Shown here: in pieces, positions 24,171 through 32,673 of the stretch
Layout of the letters: each line of letters opens with the position of its first letter
Numbering within the stretch: the stretch's first letter is position 1
Position numbers and translations under genes: made by a program
Source of the DNA: Eledone cirrhosa
Lineage: Eukaryota
DNA length: 32,673 nt
NCBI GenBank assembly: GCA_964016885.1
Contig: CAXHJY010000536.1
Location: 1 to 32,673, forward strand
Direction: 5' to 3'
The notes under the pieces: model-generated
The model's input: only the letters and a program-made list of their open reading frames with translations
What the model was told of the DNA's origin: nothing
Databases searched by the model: none

Positions 24171-24549
24171 GTGTGTATATATATAGCCTTAATAAGCAAT
24201 CTAAGGGCAATAACTTTTCTTGCAACACAGCTACATTCCACATTGTTGTCTCACATATCTATTTATATTTACATGAGTTTTTGTTTTCATTTCTATGAAG
24301 GTTTTTTTCTCCCTTCTTTTTTTCTTTTTTTATCGTGGGTAAGCCTTGGATTGACCGATACCTTGTCAGTGAAATTTGCATCCTCAAATTCTTTTTCAGT
24401 TATCTCCTCCTCCAATTCAAGAACTGGATTACACTCTATGTGGTCACCAAAATCTTCCCATATATCTTTTCCACCTTTCTTTAATTTCATCTCTGTCTAC
24501 AAAAATTTCTTCCACTTCATCCTTCAAGCAGTTTACTCCTGTCACATCT

Positions 24550-24552
<3 letters not shown>

Positions 24553-24592
<40 letters not shown>

Positions 24593-24622
24593 CCCCCTCT
24601 CTCTCTCTCTGTCTCCCCTCTC
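24553..24622. repeat. (TC)n microsatellite
   Basis: Direct reading. Confidence 0.9.
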
Positions 24623-24680
24623 GCTAATTGCTTCTCTGATTCTGCTTTAAATTCATTTGTTCTCTACATATTATTTTATG

Positions 24681-24865
24681 TGGTGGATTGGCAGTATCGG
24701 TAGAGCGTCTGACGCCATGCTTTCCAGCAAAGAGTTACGTCCTTTTATGGTCTGAGTTTAAATCCTGCCGACGTTAACTTTGCCTTTCATCCTTACAGGG
24801 TCGATAAAATAAAGTACCAGTAATGTACTGGTGAATTGCTGGCCTTGTGCCAAAAGTAGAAACAA
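24681..24865 (+). mobile_element. Near full-length tRNA-derived SINE
   Basis: A box tggcagtatcggtagagcg, B box gagtttaaatcct, body ctttgcctttcatccttacagggtcgataaaataaagtaccag shared with 12459-12568. Confidence 0.85.
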
Positions 24866-24879
24866 TTATTTTATGTGCC

Positions 24880-25100
24880 TCTTATGCTCTTGCTACTTCT
24901 TTCATTGCAGTCCTCTTGGTTGCTTTGTAAACTTGATGAGTTGCTCCTTCTGCTACCATACACCTCACTCTTTGCCATTCTTGGAATCTTTCATCTTCTC
25001 ATCAATTCTTTTTCTAACTGTCTTGGTGGTCTTATTGTCCATCCACTCACATCACCAACAGCTCCTAACAAATTATCTTTCAATGACTTCCATATGAACA
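24880..25100 (-). mobile_element. Old RTE fragment (linker between endonuclease and RT)
   Basis: WKSLKDNLLGAVGDVSGWTIRPPR...YKATKRTAMKEVARA, frameshifted. Confidence 0.55.
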
Positions 25101-25289
25101 TTTAAATAGAATGATCAGATAAAATAAGGTACTCAATACATAAAAGAAAGACAGTACTTAGCTATATTTCCAATAGAAATTACTTTTACAGGACTAATAT
25201 TGTTTTATTCAAATGAAATCATCAGATCTTTCCAGAAGATTTTACCCATTTCTAGAAGAAATTCCTAATTGAAATAAAATTTACTTACA

Positions 25290-26617
<1,328 letters not shown>

Positions 26618-28355
26618 TCATCATCATCATCATCATCATCGTTTAACGTCCATCTTCCACGCTAGCATGGGTTTGGATGGTAATTTTCCCACTTGAGGCA
26701 AGATTGGTTGTCTTGCTTGTATAGGACTGTCTGGCGGGTTTTCTACAGCTGGATGCCCTTCCTAACACCAACCACGTTTACAGTGTGGACTGGGAGGTTT
26801 TTACCGTGTTACCTACACAGCCACATTACAGCGTGGACTGTGTGTTTTTTTGTTGTGACACCTACATGACGTCACTTATTTAGGACTGGATGTTTTGGTA
26901 CCAACATAACTTTACATCGAAAGAGGGTGGTGTCGATGGGGTGGGGCTAGTGGGACGGGTGTGTATTTTGGTAAGCGGTGCCTACTGACTGTAGGTTTCA
27001 CTTTGCACTTAGGCAAGGTGGGTCTTCTGTATTACTGCAGAGCGCCAAAGATCTCAGTCCAGTGACATTGGCTTGGAGAGGTGTAAGTGTGTGAGGTCGG
27101 AATTTATCAAGTCGTCCCAGGTTTTTCTGAGTCTGCCTACTCCGTGGCTACCGTCTATTTTGATCGCGCTGCACTTTTTTATACAGCTGTCATCTTTCAT
27201 GCGCATCACGTGACCATACCAACGTAGTCTTCTCTCGAGTAAACAGCATCTGATTCCTCTTATTCCTAATTTCTCACTTAGTTCATGTATGCTTTGCCGT
27301 TCATGTATATTACTATTACACATCCAACGGAGCATGCAAACTTCGTTCCTCTCCAGTCTGCATAGATCCTCTGCACACAATGCCCAAGTCTCACTGCCAT
27401 GTAACATTGCTGTTCGTATGCAGGCATCATACAGCCTGCCTTTCATTTTTAAAGAGAAACCTTTAGCACCCAATTGTGGTATAAGCTCTCTGAATTTTTT
27501 CCATCCCGTTCTGACTCTAGCTACTGTACTTTCGGAGCACCCTCCACCACTGCTGATTTTGTCACCCAGGTAATGGAAGGTGTCCACTATTTCTATACAG
27601 CCATCTGTGCAATGGAATGGGCTAGTATTCTGTGGGCACTTGCTGCTACTTATTCCATCTGAGCACCGGCCACATATAAAATCTATATTCTTAGTTAGCT
27701 TACCTGTAATCCCACTACATCTTTTATGCACCCATACTTTGCATTTGGGACATAAAATGGAGTTTCTGCCTACACCTTTCCTACACACTTAGCATGGCCA
27801 TTTCCCAGATGGGACCAGTGTCCTATTTTCCTTCCTACATACTAGCACTTTAGTCTTAGACAAGTTAATTTTAAGGTCTTTTGATTCTAGGCCATGCTTC
27901 CATGTTTCGAATTTCTTCTATAGTTCAGCCTTTGATTCAGCTATGAGCGTTAGATCATCAGCGTATAGGAGTTCCCATGAGCAGCCGGTCTTGAACTCCT
28001 CTGTTATAGCCTGAAGGGCAATAATAAATAGGAGGGGGCTAAGGACAGAGCCCTGGTAAACAAACTTTTACGCTAAACTCTTCACTATATTCGTTGTTAA
28101 TTTTAACCTTGCTGACTGTTTCTTTATACATGGCTTGTATAGCTCTCACAAGTCATTCATCAACACCTAGTTTTCTGAGAGCCCACCAGATAATGGGGCG
28201 TGGGACTCTGTCAAAGGCTTTCTCCAAGTCAACAAAAGCCAAGTATAGGGGTTTACTTTTAGCTAGGTAGTTCTGTAGCTGTCGTACAATGAAAAGGGCA
28301 TCTGTGGTACTTTTACCTGACACAAACCCGAACTACATTTCATCCAGATCAATTT
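26618..28355 (-). mobile_element. 5'-truncated RTE LINE: RT domain to (TGA)n tail, with stops and deletions
   Basis: [47 protein letters not shown]-type finger, ORF 27054-27788. Confidence 0.95.
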
Positions 28356-28676
28356 ATGTATATATATATATGTATATATGTATAGATATATATATATATG
28401 TATATATATATATGTATATATATATATGTATATATATATATGTGTATATATATGTATATATATGTGTATATATGTATATATATGTATATATATGTGTATA
28501 TATATGTGTATATATATGTATATATATATATGTATATATATGTGTTTATATATGTGTATATATATGTATATATATATGTATATATATATGTATATATATG
28601 TGTATATATATGTATGTATATATGTATGTATATATATATGTATATATATATGTATATATATATGTATATATATATG

Positions 28677-28707
<31 letters not shown>

Positions 28708-28977
28708 GTATATAACTTTGAATAACTTTGAAATGTTTTGGCCAGTATTGGCCCAGGCCATGTCTAACTTAATAGCACCACCTGGCGAAGTCTTTCAATT
28801 CAGGATTTGGGCACCATGGCCCATTCGAGAAGAGAATTACTGTTTGCGGAGACATATCCGGGTGTGGGTGGTTTGTCCGGGATTACTTGTATATATATAT
28901 ATATATGTATATATATATGTATATGTATATGTATATATATGTATATATATATGTATATGTATATATATATGTATATA

Positions 28978-29010
<33 letters not shown>

Positions 29011-29196
29011 GTTTATATATATGTATATATATATGCAAAGTTTTATTTAAGTTGTTGGGTTACAACGAGTAAATATTTATAACTGATATAAAAGCACTCA
29101 ACAAGTATATATATTTATATATATATATGTGTATATATATGTGTATATATATATATATATATATGTGTATATATATATATGGATATATATATATGG

Positions 29197-29229
<33 letters not shown>

Positions 29230-29241
29230 TGTATATGTATA

Positions 29242-29275
<34 letters not shown>
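28356..29275. repeat. (TA)n/TG microsatellites with short unique inserts at 28713-28892 and 29035-29105
   Basis: Direct reading; 28713-28892 may be a DNA transposon end; 29041-29105 resembles 23771-23830. Confidence 0.8.
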
Positions 29276-29276
<1 letters not shown>

Positions 29277-29278
<2 letters not shown>

Positions 29279-29428
29279 GTGTAGGTGCCACGGCAAAAAA
29301 GCACCCAGCACTCATTGTAAATGAGGTTGGTTGATGTTAGGAAGGGCATCCAGCTGTAGAAATCAAGCCAGAATCAGTTCCCGTCCCACCCTTGCAAGCA
29401 GGGAAAAGCGGACGTAAAATGGTGGTGA
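29277..29428 (+). mobile_element. SINE or LINE 3' fragment sharing the RTE 3' UTR motifs
   Basis: gtaggtgccacggcaaaaaagcac...gttaggaagggcatccagctgtagaaa...ggacgtaaaatg parallels the reverse complement of 26640-26870. Confidence 0.7.
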
Positions 29429-29447
29429 ATATATATATATATATGTA

Positions 29448-30646
<1,199 letters not shown>

Positions 30647-30655
30647 TATATGTAT

Positions 30656-30798
30656 AGAAGATCCCGTTAAGGGTGAAAGCAGCGATTCTTTGCTTAAACT
30701 TTAATCTGTTATTTTAATAAATATTTGCTCTACGGTTCTTATATATTTGATATATATTTTCCTTATCGGATTTTAGTCTTCAATTTTATTATTATTAC

Positions 30799-30800
<2 letters not shown>
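30656..30800 (+). mobile_element. Solo PLE pLTR fragment starting inside the HHR core
   Basis: Matches 23515-23670 with an ~11-bp deletion; flanked by (TA)n on both sides. Confidence 0.9.
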
Positions 30801-32545
<1,745 letters not shown>

Positions 32546-32596
32546 GCAAAATATATTTTGAAAGGTGTTTTTATGTATCCTTGGAGTCATTTGAGT

Positions 32597-32632
<36 letters not shown>

Positions 32633-32673
32633 CTTCTAACTTCCTTTATACTTCCTTACTGTTTTTATAAACT

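Noticed and set aside
24293-24490. Acidic 65-aa minus-strand ORF as a host exon
   Set aside because: No similarity to alpha-2/delta; it may be a LINE remnant but I cannot support a call.

Overview
AT-rich animal genomic DNA, probably octopus or another coleoid cephalopod (inferred from repeat families recalled from memory, not from a search). About half the window is (TA)n-derived micro/minisatellite, so all IYIY-type ORFs are spurious. The window lies in a minus-strand gene for a voltage-gated calcium channel alpha-2/delta subunit (CACNA2D-like). Only two 72-nt exons are visible, at 13249-13320 and 12253-12324. The flanking, presumably intronic, sequence holds RTE and CR1 LINE fragments, tRNA-SINEs, a TTAA MITE, an internally deleted DD37D (maT) transposon and a near full-length Naiad-type Penelope-like element (PLE) with a 2-kb inverted partial copy. 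The main finding is a dense set of type I hammerhead ribozyme (HHR) motifs: at least 6 unrelated sequence families and about 12 full or partial copies. They include one fully canonical HHR (10426-10505), a U3-A8 compensatory variant, an A4 variant in the PLE, a 438-bp tandem retrozyme-like unit, and small fold-back elements carrying an HHR in each arm with the same head-to-head geometry as the PLE inversion. All structures were read by eye and none has been tested.
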